A stretch of 64,000 bases of DNA from an uncultured Microbacterium sp. (GCF_947632095.1 NZ_CANROA010000003.1:11340-75339), one strand, 5' to 3'; counted from the first letter of the stretch, positions 1-9,691 are shown. A program made the numbers and translations. Notes: generated by a model not told the origin, from the letters alone.

Positions 1-342
1 GGTGGTTTCGGGGTCGGGAACGGTCTCGAGCTCGTCGATCGCGGTCTCGCGCCGTGCGCGCCCCCACGCGGCGGCGGTGTTGCGGATGCTGGTGAACAGG
101 TAGGCGCGGAAGGAGCCGTTCGGGCCGCCACCCTTGAGCACCGCCTGGTAGATGCGGGTGTATGCCTCTTGGACGAGGTCATCGGCATCGATGCTCGACG
201 TCACCGACCGTGCGACGACGATTCCCGAGGGGTAGTGGCGTCGCCACAGCTCGCCGAAAGCCGCCGTGTCTCCCGAGCGGGAGCGCAGGATCAGGTCGGC
301 GTCAGATGTCGGTTCTGTACTGGTGAGTTCGTCGTTTTGCAC
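1..342 (-). CDS. ECF-type sigma-70 RNA polymerase sigma factor (N-terminal part; runs off window edge)
   Basis: Not in ORF track; manual translation from GTG at 342: MQNDELTSTEPTSDADLILRSRSGDTAAFGELWRRHYPSGIVVARSVTSSIDADDLVQEAYTRIYQAVLKGGGPNGSFRAYLFTSIRNTAAAWGR, a typical sigma region 2 (DADDLVQEA...FRAYL..SIRN). Confidence 0.85.
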   Translation of the reverse strand, partial: MQNDELTSTEPTSDADLILRSRSGDTAAFGELWRRHYPSGIVVARSVTSSIDADDLVQEAYTRIYQAVLKGGGPNGSFRAYLFTSIRNTAAAWGRARRETAIDELETVPDPETT

Positions 343-549
343 TGGTGCCCGTCGATCGTGGGAGGCCGGGTGTGCTCCCACAGGAAGAGTTGCGCGCGGT
401 GTCGGTCGTCATGCGCCCGAGCCATTCTCCCCCGAATCTTCCGTTGAGACCACCCCGACCGAGAGCCTGTGGACAACGGGGAAGAATTTTTCGGGTTTCG
501 CGTAATGAATCGCGGTCATGGCCGTCTCATCAGTCAGAGACAACCACAA

Positions 550-709
550 GAGCTCCACCGGGGGGAGGAGCTCGGGGCCGGCGAGAGCAGTGAATCATCG
601 GCCGGGTGGGTCAGAAGCCTCGGGGGAGGAGTTGCTGATCCACCCGTTCTCATGCCGGAGGAGAGAAAGGGGCCGTTGCTGTGGGGAGCAACGGCCACCC
701 TTCCTCCTC
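550..709 (-). ncRNA. Candidate structured RNA with three C-rich-loop hairpins (6C-like); first hairpin may be the nagA terminator
   Basis: Inverted repeats at 658-709, 603-646 and 550-573; minus-strand loops CCCCAC, CCCC (within CUCCUCCCCCGAG) and UCCCCCCGGU. Confidence 0.4.
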
Positions 710-720
710 GCGCCGGTGGC

Positions 721-1869
721 TCAGTCCAGGCCGGAACCGGTCTGCACATGCGCCACGGTGAAATCGGCGCTGAGGATCACGGCATCCCCGAGGTATCCCT
801 CGGCGAGGCGTCCGAGCCGGTCTCCCACGCCGATCGCACGCGCCGGCGTCTCGGTGAGGGCGCGCACCGCCTCGATGAGCGGGACGCCCGCGGCGACCGC
901 GCGCTGAAGGGCGACGTCCTGCGTGAGAGTGGAACCGGCGATCGATCCCGTTTCATCCGTGCGGGCGATGCCATCGGTGACCGTGACCTTGACGGCGCCG
1001 AGGTCGTACTTGCCGTCTGCGCTGCCGGCGGCTGCCATCGCATCCGTCACCAGTGCGACGCGACCGGGAGCCGAATCGAAGAGCAGCTTGATGACGTACG
1101 GGTCCAGGTGCACGTTGTCGGCGATGCCCTCGAGGACCACCCGGTGATCGGCCGCAGCCGTGAGCACAGGGCCGGGGGCGCGGTGGTGGATGCCGGGCAT
1201 GGCGTTGAACGCGTGCGTGAGGATGGTCGCACCGGCTTCGAACGCCTCCCGTGCCTGCGCGGCATCCGCGCTGGTGTGACCGACCGCGGCGGCGGCGCCG
1301 GCGGCGACGATCCGACGGATCGCCTCGAGCCCTCCGGGGAGCTCGGGGGCGAGGGTCACCTGACGGACCGTCCCGCGGCCGGCGTCGAGCAGCCGCTGCA
1401 CGTCTTCGGCGACGGGGTGGCGCAGCAGGGTCGGTTCGTGGGCGCCCTTGCGCTCCGGTTCGAGGAACGGCCCTTCCAGATGAGAGCCGAGGATGTCGGC
1501 ATCCGTCTGCATGAGGTCGGCGATCTCCGCGACGCGGCGCGCCAGGTCATCGACCGGCGCGGTCACCAGCGACAGCACGGAACGCGTCGTGCCGTGGGAA
1601 CGGTGCATCGCACGGGCGGTGCGGATGGCATCCGTGCCGTCGTCGAATGCGGCACCGGCGCCGCCGTGCGCGTGGATGTCCACGAAGCCCGGAGTCAGAA
1701 TCGCGCCGTCGCCAGCCAGCGCGGTCGCGTCGATCACCGTGTCGGCGTCGCTCCAGCTCGCACCGGTGCCGGTCGCGACGACGACGCCGTCGGCGAAGCG
1801 CACCCACGCATCGGGCGTCTCGACGCCATCCGTGATGAGTCGGGCGGAGTGGATCAGGGTCGTCGTCAT
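721..1869 (-). CDS. nagA: N-acetylglucosamine-6-phosphate deacetylase
   Basis: PGFVDIHAHGG, HLEGPF, THAFNAM, IADNVHLD and LVTDAMAAAG amidohydrolase motifs; ATG at 1869 overlaps the upstream stop (TGATG). Confidence 0.93.
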   Translation of the reverse strand: MTTTLIHSARLITDGVETPDAWVRFADGVVVATGTGASWSDADTVIDATALAGDGAILTPGFVDIHAHGGAGAAFDDGTDAIRTARAMHRSHGTTRSVLSLVTAPVDDLARRVAEIADLMQTDADILGSHLEGPFLEPERKGAHEPTLLRHPVAEDVQRLLDAGRGTVRQVTLAPELPGGLEAIRRIVAAGAAAAVGHTSADAAQAREAFEAGATILTHAFNAMPGIHHRAPGPVLTAAADHRVVLEGIADNVHLDPYVIKLLFDSAPGRVALVTDAMAAAGSADGKYDLGAVKVTVTDGIARTDETGSIAGSTLTQDVALQRAVAAGVPLIEAVRALTETPARAIGVGDRLGRLAEGYLGDAVILSADFTVAHVQTGSGLD

Positions 1870-3365
1870 CAGTTGCTCCAGTCGATCTCGGCGGGACGGT
1901 GCCCACCCCATCCTGCGGCATCCCAGACGGATGCCACGGCGCGCACGCGCGCGCGGAAGGACTCCCAGTCGCGGGATTCCTTCTGCGACCAGCCGATCTC
2001 CGCGATCGCCGCGGCCCGCGGGAACAGCAGCTGGTCGATGTCATCCGGCGTCTCGAGCGTCTCCGCCCACAGCGGGCCCTCCACGCCGAGCACGGCTGCT
2101 TCGGGCAGGCCGTCGACGATCGTGGTCGGCTCCCATCCGTATGCGGTCTCGAGGTCGATGAGGGCGGCCCAGTCGAGCCCGAGCGGGAAGTCCGCGTCGT
2201 ACTTCTGGTCGAGGTATGCGGCATCCGACGGCGACATGACCACCGATCCGCCGCGCTCGGCGAACGCGCGCGTGATCCCGGCGACGCGCTCATCAGGGGA
2301 CAGGCTGCTCCAGTACTGACCGATCGTGCCAGGCGCCACCGGGGCGGAACCCGCCTCGTGCCAGCCGACCGGCGTCTTGCCGAGGTCGGTGACGAGCGTC
2401 GTCACCCGGGCGATGAACGCATCGAAGTCGGCCTGCTCGGTGCCGTGCGCCTCGTCGCCGCCGATGTGCAGCAGGGGACCGGGCGTGAGGGCGGCGACCT
2501 CGCCGAGCACATCACGCAGGAACTCCCAGGTGGCCTCGTCGTGGATCTTGACCGACGAGTGACCCACGCCCCAGCCCGTGTACGGTTCGCCGGCGACCGG
2601 CAGTGCCTGATCGAGCTCGGCGGCCTGCGCGAGCAGCGCCTCGTTCATGACCGGCGCTTCCACGATCTCGGGGTAGGCGAGGCCGATCGCGTGCGTGTGG
2701 CCGGGCAGGTCGATCTCGGGGACGATCACGATGTGACGGGATGCTGCGTAGTCGACGATCTCTCGGAAGTCGTCCTGCGTGTAGAAGCCGCCGTCGCGGC
2801 CGGAGGCCGCGGTCGCGGAGGCGCGCTCGGTCAGCAGGGGGCGGCTGAGGATCTCGAGGCGCCAGCCCTGGTCGTCGGTGAGGTGCAGGTGCACGTGGTT
2901 GATCTTCATCGAGGCGGCGCGGTCGATGAACGCCTTGATCGTGTCGACGCCGAAGAACGTGCGCGCGACATCGAGCATGAGGCCGCGGTACGCGAAGCGC
3001 GGGGCATCCGCGATCGAGACGTGCGGCAGCGACCAGTCCTCGCCATCGCCGCTCAGCAGCTGACGCAGCGTCTGGACGCCATGGAAGACGCCCGCCGCGG
3101 ATCCCGAGATGCGCACCCGATCATCGACGACGAGGTCATAGGCCTCACCCTCGGCGCCGGTGATCACCAGTTCGATATCGCCCGCGCTCGCCGCATCGAT
3201 GACGACCTCGAGGATCAGTCCGGTGCGCGCGGCGATCGCCTCGCGGAGGACGGATGCCGTGGCATCCGATGCGTCGCCCGCAAGGATTCGGGATGCCGAA
3301 GTCAGGGCGAGGGTGCCCGGGAACTCCGTGACGGACGCGGGAAGCGGAACAACAGGAAAGACCAT
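1869..3365 (-). CDS. Beta-N-acetylhexosaminidase (GH20)
   Basis: PRFAYRGLMLDVAR, HLHLTDDQGWRLEI, PEIDLPGH, HIGGDE catalytic motif, GVEGPLWAE. Confidence 0.93.
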   Translation of the reverse strand: MVFPVVPLPASVTEFPGTLALTSASRILAGDASDATASVLREAIAARTGLILEVVIDAASAGDIELVITGAEGEAYDLVVDDRVRISGSAAGVFHGVQTLRQLLSGDGEDWSLPHVSIADAPRFAYRGLMLDVARTFFGVDTIKAFIDRAASMKINHVHLHLTDDQGWRLEILSRPLLTERASATAASGRDGGFYTQDDFREIVDYAASRHIVIVPEIDLPGHTHAIGLAYPEIVEAPVMNEALLAQAAELDQALPVAGEPYTGWGVGHSSVKIHDEATWEFLRDVLGEVAALTPGPLLHIGGDEAHGTEQADFDAFIARVTTLVTDLGKTPVGWHEAGSAPVAPGTIGQYWSSLSPDERVAGITRAFAERGGSVVMSPSDAAYLDQKYDADFPLGLDWAALIDLETAYGWEPTTIVDGLPEAAVLGVEGPLWAETLETPDDIDQLLFPRAAAIAEIGWSQKESRDWESFRARVRAVASVWDAAGWGGHRPAEIDWSN

Positions 3366-3442
3366 GAACAAAATGTATCGCGCGCAACGCCGCCGCGGCA
3401 GGGCGACGAGATTCGGCGCCGCACGAATTCCGCTATGCTCGA

Positions 3443-3516
3443 CCTGTCGCGACTGGCGTCTGGGTGGGTCACCACCGGGGAGCGACCGTTACGGAATTCG
3501 ACCGCGCGCCTGGGCC
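3443..3516 (+). promoter_or_regulatory. ZMP/ZTP (pfl) riboswitch
   Basis: GTCGCGACTGGCG...GTGGG..ACCACCGGGGAGCGAC...CGCGCGCCTGGGC fits the pfl motif (GACUGGCG pseudoknot partner CGCCUGGGC) and lies directly upstream of glyA-folD. Confidence 0.9.
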
Positions 3517-3562
3517 GATGACATCCCCCGATGCATTTCATTCCGCAACGAAAGAGGACGAC

Positions 3563-4837
3563 ATGACCGATCCGTACTTCACCGCCCCGCTCTCCGAGGT
3601 CGACCCCGAGATCGCCGAGGTCCTCGACCGCGAGCTGAACCGTCAGCGCACGTTCCTCGAGATGATCGCCTCCGAGAACTTCGTTCCCGTCTCCGTGCTG
3701 CAGTCGCAGGGCTCCGTGCTCACGAACAAGTACGCCGAGGGCTACCCGGGCCGCCGCTACTACGGCGGCTGCGAAGAGGTCGACGTCGCCGAGTCCCTCG
3801 CCATCGAGCGGGTCAAGAGCCTGTTCGGCGCCGGCTTCGCCAACGTGCAGCCCCACTCCGGAGCATCCGCCAACGCCGCCGTCCTGCACGCCATCGCGCG
3901 CCCCGGCGACACGCTCCTCGGCCTCTCGCTCGACCACGGCGGCCACCTCACCCACGGAATGAAGATCAACTTCTCCGGCCGTCTCTACGACATCGTCGCC
4001 TATGGCGTCGACCCCGAGACCTCGCTCGTCGACATGGACGAGGTCCGTCGCCTCGCCCTCGAGCACAAGCCGAAGGTCATCATCGCCGGCTGGTCGGCGT
4101 ACCCGCGTCAGCTCGACTTCGCGAAGTTCCGCGAGATCGCCGACGAGGTCGGCGCCCTCCTCTGGGTCGACATGGCGCACTTCGCGGGCCTCGTCGCCGC
4201 GGGCCTGCACCCGAACCCCGTGCCGCATGCGCACGTCGTCTCCTCGACCGTGCACAAGACCATCGGCGGCCCCCGCTCGGGCTTCATCCTCTCCAACGAC
4301 GCCGACATCGCGAAGAAGATCAACTCGGCCGTCTTCCCGGGCCAGCAGGGCGGGCCCCTCATGCACGTGATCGCCGCGAAGGCGACCGCGTTCAAGATCG
4401 CCGCAACGCCCGAGTTCGCGGAGCGGCAGGAGCGCGTTCTGCGCGGCGCCTCGATCCTCGCCGACCGCCTCACCCAGCAGGACGTCGCGGACGCCGGCAT
4501 CACGGTGCGCTCGGGCGGCACCGACGTCCACCTCGTACTCGTCGACCTCCGTAACGCCGAGATCGACGGCAAGCAGGCAGAAGACCTGCTGCACGACATC
4601 CACATCACCGTCAACCGCAACGCGGTCCCCAACGACCCGCGTCCGCCGATGGTGACCTCGGGCCTGCGCATCGGCACCCCGGCGCTCGCCACCCGCGGAT
4701 TCGGCGATGCCGAGTTCACCGAGGTCGCCGATGTCATCGCCCTGGCGCTGCAGCCCGGTGCCGACGTCGAGGCGCTGCGCGCCCGTGTCGACGCGCTCGC
4801 CGCAGCGTTCCCGCTGTACCCCGAGCTGCAGCAGTAA
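3563..4837 (+). CDS. glyA: Serine hydroxymethyltransferase
   Basis: [50 protein letters not shown]-lysine motif; RBS AAAGAGG before ATG 3563. Confidence 0.98.
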   Translation: MTDPYFTAPLSEVDPEIAEVLDRELNRQRTFLEMIASENFVPVSVLQSQGSVLTNKYAEGYPGRRYYGGCEEVDVAESLAIERVKSLFGAGFANVQPHSGASANAAVLHAIARPGDTLLGLSLDHGGHLTHGMKINFSGRLYDIVAYGVDPETSLVDMDEVRRLALEHKPKVIIAGWSAYPRQLDFAKFREIADEVGALLWVDMAHFAGLVAAGLHPNPVPHAHVVSSTVHKTIGGPRSGFILSNDADIAKKINSAVFPGQQGGPLMHVIAAKATAFKIAATPEFAERQERVLRGASILADRLTQQDVADAGITVRSGGTDVHLVLVDLRNAEIDGKQAEDLLHDIHITVNRNAVPNDPRPPMVTSGLRIGTPALATRGFGDAEFTEVADVIALALQPGADVEALRARVDALAAAFPLYPELQQ

Positions 4838-4866
4838 GCACCGGCATCCGCCATTCGGCACTTCGA

Positions 4867-4925
4867 GACGGGAGTTCCCGCTCGAGACAGGACGGCCTCG
4901 TCCCGCCTCGTCCGGAACTCCCGTC
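4867..4925. repeat. Long imperfect intergenic hairpin between glyA and folD
   Basis: GACGGGAGTTCC (4867-4878) / GGAACTCCCGTC (4914-4925) with inner CGAG/CTCG and GGACG/CGTCC stems. Confidence 0.7.
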
Positions 4926-4948
4926 CCACCGACGAACAGGAACATGAC

Positions 4949-5830
4949 ATGACCGCGAAGGTCCTCGACGGCAAGGCCGCTTCGGCGGCGATCAAGGACG
5001 AGCTCGCCGAGCGCGTCGCAGCGCTCAAGGCGAAGGGCATCACGCCCGGCATCGCCACGGTGCTCGTCGGCGCCGACCCGGCATCCCAGCTGTACGTCGG
5101 CATGAAGCACCGGCAGTCCGAGGCGATCGGCATGAACTCGATCCAGCGCGAGCTGCCCGCCGATGCCACGCAGGAGGAGGTCGAGGCGCTGATCGACGAG
5201 CTCAACGCGGATGACACCTGCCACGGCTACATCGTGCAGCTGCCGCTGCCGAAGCACATCGACACCGATCGCATCCTCGAGCGCATCGATCCGGCGAAGG
5301 ATGCCGATGGCCTGCACCCGACGAACCTCGGCCGTCTCGTGCTGAACGTGAACAGCCCGATCGAGACTCCGCTGCCGTGCACGCCGCGCGGCGTCATCGA
5401 ACTGCTCGTGCGCAACGGCTACGACCTGAACGGCAAGCACGTCGTCGTCGTCGGCCGCGGCGTGACGATCGGACGCCCGATGGGTCTGCTGCTGACCCGT
5501 CGCGATGTGAACGCGACCGTCACCCAGGTGCACACCGGCACTCCCGAGATGGGCCCCTACCTGCGCCAGGCCGACGTCATCGTCGCCGGCGCCGGTGTGA
5601 AGCATCTCATCCGCGCGGAAGACGTGAAGCCCGGCGCAGCCGTGCTCGACGTCGGCGTCACGCGCGAGACCGACCCCGAGACCGGTAAGAGCAAGGTCTA
5701 CGGAGACGTGCACCCCGAGGTTGCCGAGGTCGCGGGCTTCGTGTCGCCGAACCCGGGCGGCGTCGGCCCCATGACCGTCGCGCTTCTCATGACGAACGTC
5801 GTCGAGACCGCGGAGCGTCTCGTCCGCTGA
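4949..5830 (+). CDS. folD: Bifunctional methylenetetrahydrofolate dehydrogenase/cyclohydrolase
   Basis: [47 protein letters not shown]. Confidence 0.97.
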   Translation: MTAKVLDGKAASAAIKDELAERVAALKAKGITPGIATVLVGADPASQLYVGMKHRQSEAIGMNSIQRELPADATQEEVEALIDELNADDTCHGYIVQLPLPKHIDTDRILERIDPAKDADGLHPTNLGRLVLNVNSPIETPLPCTPRGVIELLVRNGYDLNGKHVVVVGRGVTIGRPMGLLLTRRDVNATVTQVHTGTPEMGPYLRQADVIVAGAGVKHLIRAEDVKPGAAVLDVGVTRETDPETGKSKVYGDVHPEVAEVAGFVSPNPGGVGPMTVALLMTNVVETAERLVR

Positions 5831-5840
5831 CGACGCTGTC

Positions 5841-5880
5841 ACGACGAAGCCCCCGCGCATCTGCACGGGGGCTTCGTCGT
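5841..5880. terminator. Bidirectional terminator-like hairpin
   Basis: 15-bp perfect inverted repeat ACGACGAAGCCCCCG / CGGGGGCTTCGTCGT between convergent genes. Confidence 0.8.
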
Positions 5881-5893
5881 TCATCCGGCGGTA

Positions 5894-6622
5894 TCAGCCG
5901 CCCAGCTGACTCTCGACGCCGATGATGCGCGCGTGCTCGTCGAAGCGGAACGTGGCCGTGCCCGAGGCATCCGACACCATCGCCGCGCTGAAGGCCTCAT
6001 CGACCCACTGCAGATTCCACCCGGCCAGGCGGGCCGCATCCCACAGCGCCGAGCGGGCATCCGTCAGCGTGAGCGCCGGCAGCAGACGCGGGGTCGCGAT
6101 GACGGCATCCGCCACCGTCGTCGGGGGGATCGGAGCGTCAAGAAGGAAGACAGCACGGGTGCCGCCGCCGACCGGAGCCGAGAAATGGGGGGAGCGGCCG
6201 GTGATCTCCGTCGCGATCGTGCCGATCTGCTCGGCCGTGCGCAGGATCCAGGCGTCGAGCTTCTCGCCGTCGGCGGGAGCGTCCTCGGGGAACGCGAGCT
6301 CGGGCTGCGCCAGATCGGTCAGCTCGTACTGCGTTCCGTAATCGCGCAGCTGCCCGGCGACACCCGACGGGTCGCCCTGCGGGTGCGCCCACGCCCACAG
6401 CATCGAACGCGGTCCCGGTGCGATCGTCGCGATGAGGGTCGGCTTCGTCACCACCTGGTGCGAGGAATCGTCGGATGCCGTGAACGTCAGTGTGCCCGCG
6501 CCCAGATCGGCATCCCAGCGGTGATCGCCCAGCGCGTTGACGGCCGTGGCCAGCGCGTCCTGACGATAAGCGGCGAAGAGGGAGGCGCGCTCGGCGAGCG
6601 GCTGAAGAGCGGCGAAGGTCAT
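5894..6622 (-). CDS. Hypothetical protein, DUF6882-like
   Basis: Start trimmed to MTFAALQPL (ATG 6622); HRWDADLGAGTLTF...SMLWAWAHP resembles DUF6882 proteins; coding-like codon usage. Confidence 0.6.
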   Translation of the reverse strand: MTFAALQPLAERASLFAAYRQDALATAVNALGDHRWDADLGAGTLTFTASDDSSHQVVTKPTLIATIAPGPRSMLWAWAHPQGDPSGVAGQLRDYGTQYELTDLAQPELAFPEDAPADGEKLDAWILRTAEQIGTIATEITGRSPHFSAPVGGGTRAVFLLDAPIPPTTVADAVIATPRLLPALTLTDARSALWDAARLAGWNLQWVDEAFSAAMVSDASGTATFRFDEHARIIGVESQLGG

Positions 6623-6707
6623 GCCTCCAGTCTGGCCGGAGAACCTATGATCGCGCCACTTGCGGCTAGGGTGAGGCCGAAACGACCACCGGACAAAGGA
6701 GTTCACC

Positions 6708-8072
6708 GTGTCGCAGACACAGGAATCACGCCGTCCCCGCGGCTTGATGCGCCCCATCAACCGCTTCCTCGAGCGGTGGATCCCCTCGGCGCTGACCTTC
6801 GCGATCGTCTTGACGCTGATCGTCGCAGTGCTCGCGATGACTCTCACGCGCACGAGTCCGGTCGATGTCGTCCTGGGATGGGGCGATGGTCTTGCGGGCC
6901 TGCTCGCCTTCATGACCCAGATGTGCCTGATTCTGCTGCTGGGGTACATGCTCGCGAACACGCGGCCCGTGCAGAAACTGCTCCGGCGCCTGGCCCGCGT
7001 CCCGCGCACCGCGGGCTTCGCCTACGTCTTCGTCTTCGTGATCGCGGCGGTCGCGAGCCTCATCACATGGGGACTCGGTCTGATCGTGGGGACCCTCCTC
7101 GCGCGCGAGATCGCGGTCGAGGCGCGCAAGAGGGGCCTGAAAGTGCATTTCCCCCTGCTCGTCGCCTCGGGGTACTCCGGTTTCGTCGTCTGGCACATGG
7201 GGTATTCGGGATCGGGTCCGCTGACAGCCGCGACGCCGGATTCCTTCCTCGCCCCGAGCCTCGGCGGTGAAGTCCTCCCCATCTCGGAGACGACGTTCTC
7301 GACGTGGAACATGCTCGCTGCGCTCGCGGTCATCGTGGTCGTCGCGGTGCTGATGTTCCTCGTGCGCCCCAAGCAGAACGACCCGGTCTACGAACTGCCC
7401 GATCGCGTCGGATCGGAGGAGGTCGACGAGTACGACGACGAGGTCGTCACCCCGGCCGATCGCATCGACGCCTCCCGCATCCTGACACTCATCGTGGGCA
7501 TCGGGCTGGCGATCTACCTGGTCGTCCACTTCGTACGCGGCGGCACGCTGACGCTCGACATCGTGAACTGGTCGTTCCTCGCCCTCATCCTCCTGCTGGT
7601 GCGCAACCCGTTCGAGCTGATCCACCTCACCAAGAAAGCCGCATCGAACGTCGGAGAGATCCTGCTGCAGTTCCCGTTGTACGCCGGAATCCTCGGCATC
7701 ATGAGCAGCTCCGGCCTGATCCAGCTGTTCTCGGACGCATTCGTCTCGATCGCGACGCCGATGACGTTCGGGGTGCTCGCTCTGCTCTCGGCGGGCATCG
7801 TCAACTTCTTCGTCCCGTCGGGCGGCGGGCAGTTCGCTGTTCAGGGGCCGATCATGCTCGACGCGGCGAACCAGCTCGGCGTCGACCCGTCGATCGCGGT
7901 TATGGCCGTCGCGTACGGCGATCAGTGGACGAACATGATCCAGCCGTTCTGGGCGCTGCCAGTGCTCGCGATCGCCGGGCTGAAGATGCGTGACATCCTG
8001 GGATACACCTTCATCACGATGCTCGGATCGGGCGTCGTGATGGCCGCGGCACTGTTCATCGTGAGCCTGTGA
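6708..8072 (+). CDS. Short-chain fatty acid transporter (AtoE family)
   Basis: Multi-TM protein with FMTQMCLILLLGYMLA, HFPLLVASGYSGFVVWHMGYSGSGPL, NFFVPSGGGQFAVQGP, AYGDQWTNMIQPFWALP. Confidence 0.88.
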   Translation: MSQTQESRRPRGLMRPINRFLERWIPSALTFAIVLTLIVAVLAMTLTRTSPVDVVLGWGDGLAGLLAFMTQMCLILLLGYMLANTRPVQKLLRRLARVPRTAGFAYVFVFVIAAVASLITWGLGLIVGTLLAREIAVEARKRGLKVHFPLLVASGYSGFVVWHMGYSGSGPLTAATPDSFLAPSLGGEVLPISETTFSTWNMLAALAVIVVVAVLMFLVRPKQNDPVYELPDRVGSEEVDEYDDEVVTPADRIDASRILTLIVGIGLAIYLVVHFVRGGTLTLDIVNWSFLALILLLVRNPFELIHLTKKAASNVGEILLQFPLYAGILGIMSSSGLIQLFSDAFVSIATPMTFGVLALLSAGIVNFFVPSGGGQFAVQGPIMLDAANQLGVDPSIAVMAVAYGDQWTNMIQPFWALPVLAIAGLKMRDILGYTFITMLGSGVVMAAALFIVSL

Positions 8073-8108
8073 CTGCAGCGGTGCCGGCCCGGTGACGGGC
8101 CGACACCG

Positions 8109-8918
8109 TCAGTACCCCGCGCGGCCCGGATCCTCGGCCTCGGGAATCCACTCCGCGGCCAGACGCTCCGTGGAGCGGGCGAGGAGCGATACGTCGGCGG
8201 CGACCAGCACGAAGTGCGCACCGGCCTCGAGGTAGCGTCGTGCGGTCGCGGGGGAGAACGCGTTCACACCCACCGGCTTCCCGGCGGCGCGCACCGCCGC
8301 GATCGTCCGCTCGACCGCGGCGATGACATCCGAATGCTCCTGCTGGCCCAGCAGGCCCAGGGATGCCGCGAGATCGCTCGGCCCGATGAAAACAGCGTCC
8401 ACGCCGTCGACCTCGGCGATCCGCTGGGCGTTGCGCACCCCGGCATCCGATTCGATCTGCACGGTGAGGGACGTGATCTCATGTGCACGCCGCAGATAGC
8501 CGTCGATGCGGTTGAACTGCGCCGCGCGCGCCAGTGCGCTGCCGACGCCGCGCACTCCGAGCGGGGGATATCGGGTGGCGGCGACCGCCCGGGCCGCCTC
8601 CTCGGCCGTGTTCACCATGGGCACGAGGATGTTCTGCGCCCCCACGTCGAGGAACTGCTTGATCAGCACCGTGTCGTTGGCCGGCACCCGCAGCACGGGC
8701 GTGATCGGGTACGGGGCGGCGGCCTGCAGCAGGGCGAGCGCCGACTCCGGAGTCACCGGGCTGTGCTCCCCATCGATGAGTGCCCAATCCAGTCCGGAAC
8801 CCGCCACGATCTCCGCGACGAGCGGACTGCCGGAGCAGATCCATGCGCCGACGAGAGGCCGACCCGCTTCGCGCAGACGCTCCCGGAACGACGGTGCCGG
8901 CTCTAGACGAAACGACAC
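8109..8918 (-). CDS. hpaI: HpcH/HpaI family aldolase (2,4-dihydroxyhept-2-ene-1,7-dioate aldolase)
   Basis: LIDGEHSP, FLDVGAQNILVPMV, RYPPLGVRGVGS, VQIES, VFIGPSDL; last gene of hpa operon; GTG 8918 overlaps hpaH. Confidence 0.9.
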   Translation of the reverse strand: MSFRLEPAPSFRERLREAGRPLVGAWICSGSPLVAEIVAGSGLDWALIDGEHSPVTPESALALLQAAAPYPITPVLRVPANDTVLIKQFLDVGAQNILVPMVNTAEEAARAVAATRYPPLGVRGVGSALARAAQFNRIDGYLRRAHEITSLTVQIESDAGVRNAQRIAEVDGVDAVFIGPSDLAASLGLLGQQEHSDVIAAVERTIAAVRAAGKPVGVNAFSPATARRYLEAGAHFVLVAADVSLLARSTERLAAEWIPEAEDPGRAGY

Positions 8919-9691
8919 GTGATCACCCCCATCTCGCGGTAGTCGCACCGCACCTCGTCACCCTTGTGCACCCACATCGGTCGCGTGAAGGAACCCGCGA
9001 GGATGATCTCCCCGGCCTCCAGCCGCGCCCCGTGCTGATGGAATTTGTTCGCGAGCCATGCCACACCGGTCGCCGGATGCCCGAGCACCCCGGCCGCGAC
9101 ACCGGTCTCCTTGATCTCGCCGTTGCGTGAGAGCACCCCGGGCACCCAGCGCAGATCGATCTCATCCGGGCGCATCCGCACATCGCCGAGAACCATCGCA
9201 CCGTACGCTGCGTTGTCGCTGATGGTGTCGACGATCGTGCGTCCCTCCAACTCGATGTGCGAGTTCAGGACTTCCAGGGCCGGAACGGCGTAGTCGATCG
9301 CCGCCAGAGCATCATCGAGCGTGCAATCCGGGCCCTCCAGCGGCGCCCTCAGGACGAAGGCGAGCTCCACCTCGATGCGCACATTGGAGAAGTCGTCGAA
9401 CGGGATCTCGGCGCCCGATGCATAGACGGTGTCATCGAACATGACCCCGTAGTCCGGCTCGCTGATTCCGGTCGCCTGCTGCATCGCCTTCGACGTCAGC
9501 CCGATCTTGCGGCCCACCAGGGTGCGCCCCGCAGCGAGGTTCTTATCGCGCCATATGGCCTGGATCGCATACGAGTCCTCGATCGTGGCATCCGGGAAAC
9601 GAGCCGTGATCCGCGGGATCACCCCGTGTGCTCGGTCGGCCTCGGCGAGCTCGGAAGCGATCCGCTCGCGCTGCTCGGCGGTGAGCGTCAC
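8903..9691 (-). CDS. hpaH: 2-oxo-hept-3-ene-1,7-dioate hydratase
   Basis: [49 protein letters not shown]. Confidence 0.93.
   Translation of the reverse strand: MTLTAEQRERIASELAEADRAHGVIPRITARFPDATIEDSYAIQAIWRDKNLAAGRTLVGRKIGLTSKAMQQATGISEPDYGVMFDDTVYASGAEIPFDDFSNVRIEVELAFVLRAPLEGPDCTLDDALAAIDYAVPALEVLNSHIELEGRTIVDTISDNAAYGAMVLGDVRMRPDEIDLRWVPGVLSRNGEIKETGVAAGVLGHPATGVAWLANKFHQHGARLEAGEIILAGSFTRPMWVHKGDEVRCDYREMGVITCRFV

Noticed and set aside
534-749. 71-aa minus-strand ORF over the structured intergenic region
   Set aside because: Overlaps the nagA 3' end, has no RBS or recognisable motif, and is better explained by RNA hairpins
469-2319. 616-aa plus-strand ORF; similar long ORFs at 3302-5884, 24789-26909, 37312-39849, 44197-46992 and others
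   Set aside because: Antisense or alternative-frame shadows of well-supported genes; stop codons are scarce in high-GC DNA, and the translations are Arg/Gly-rich with no family motifs
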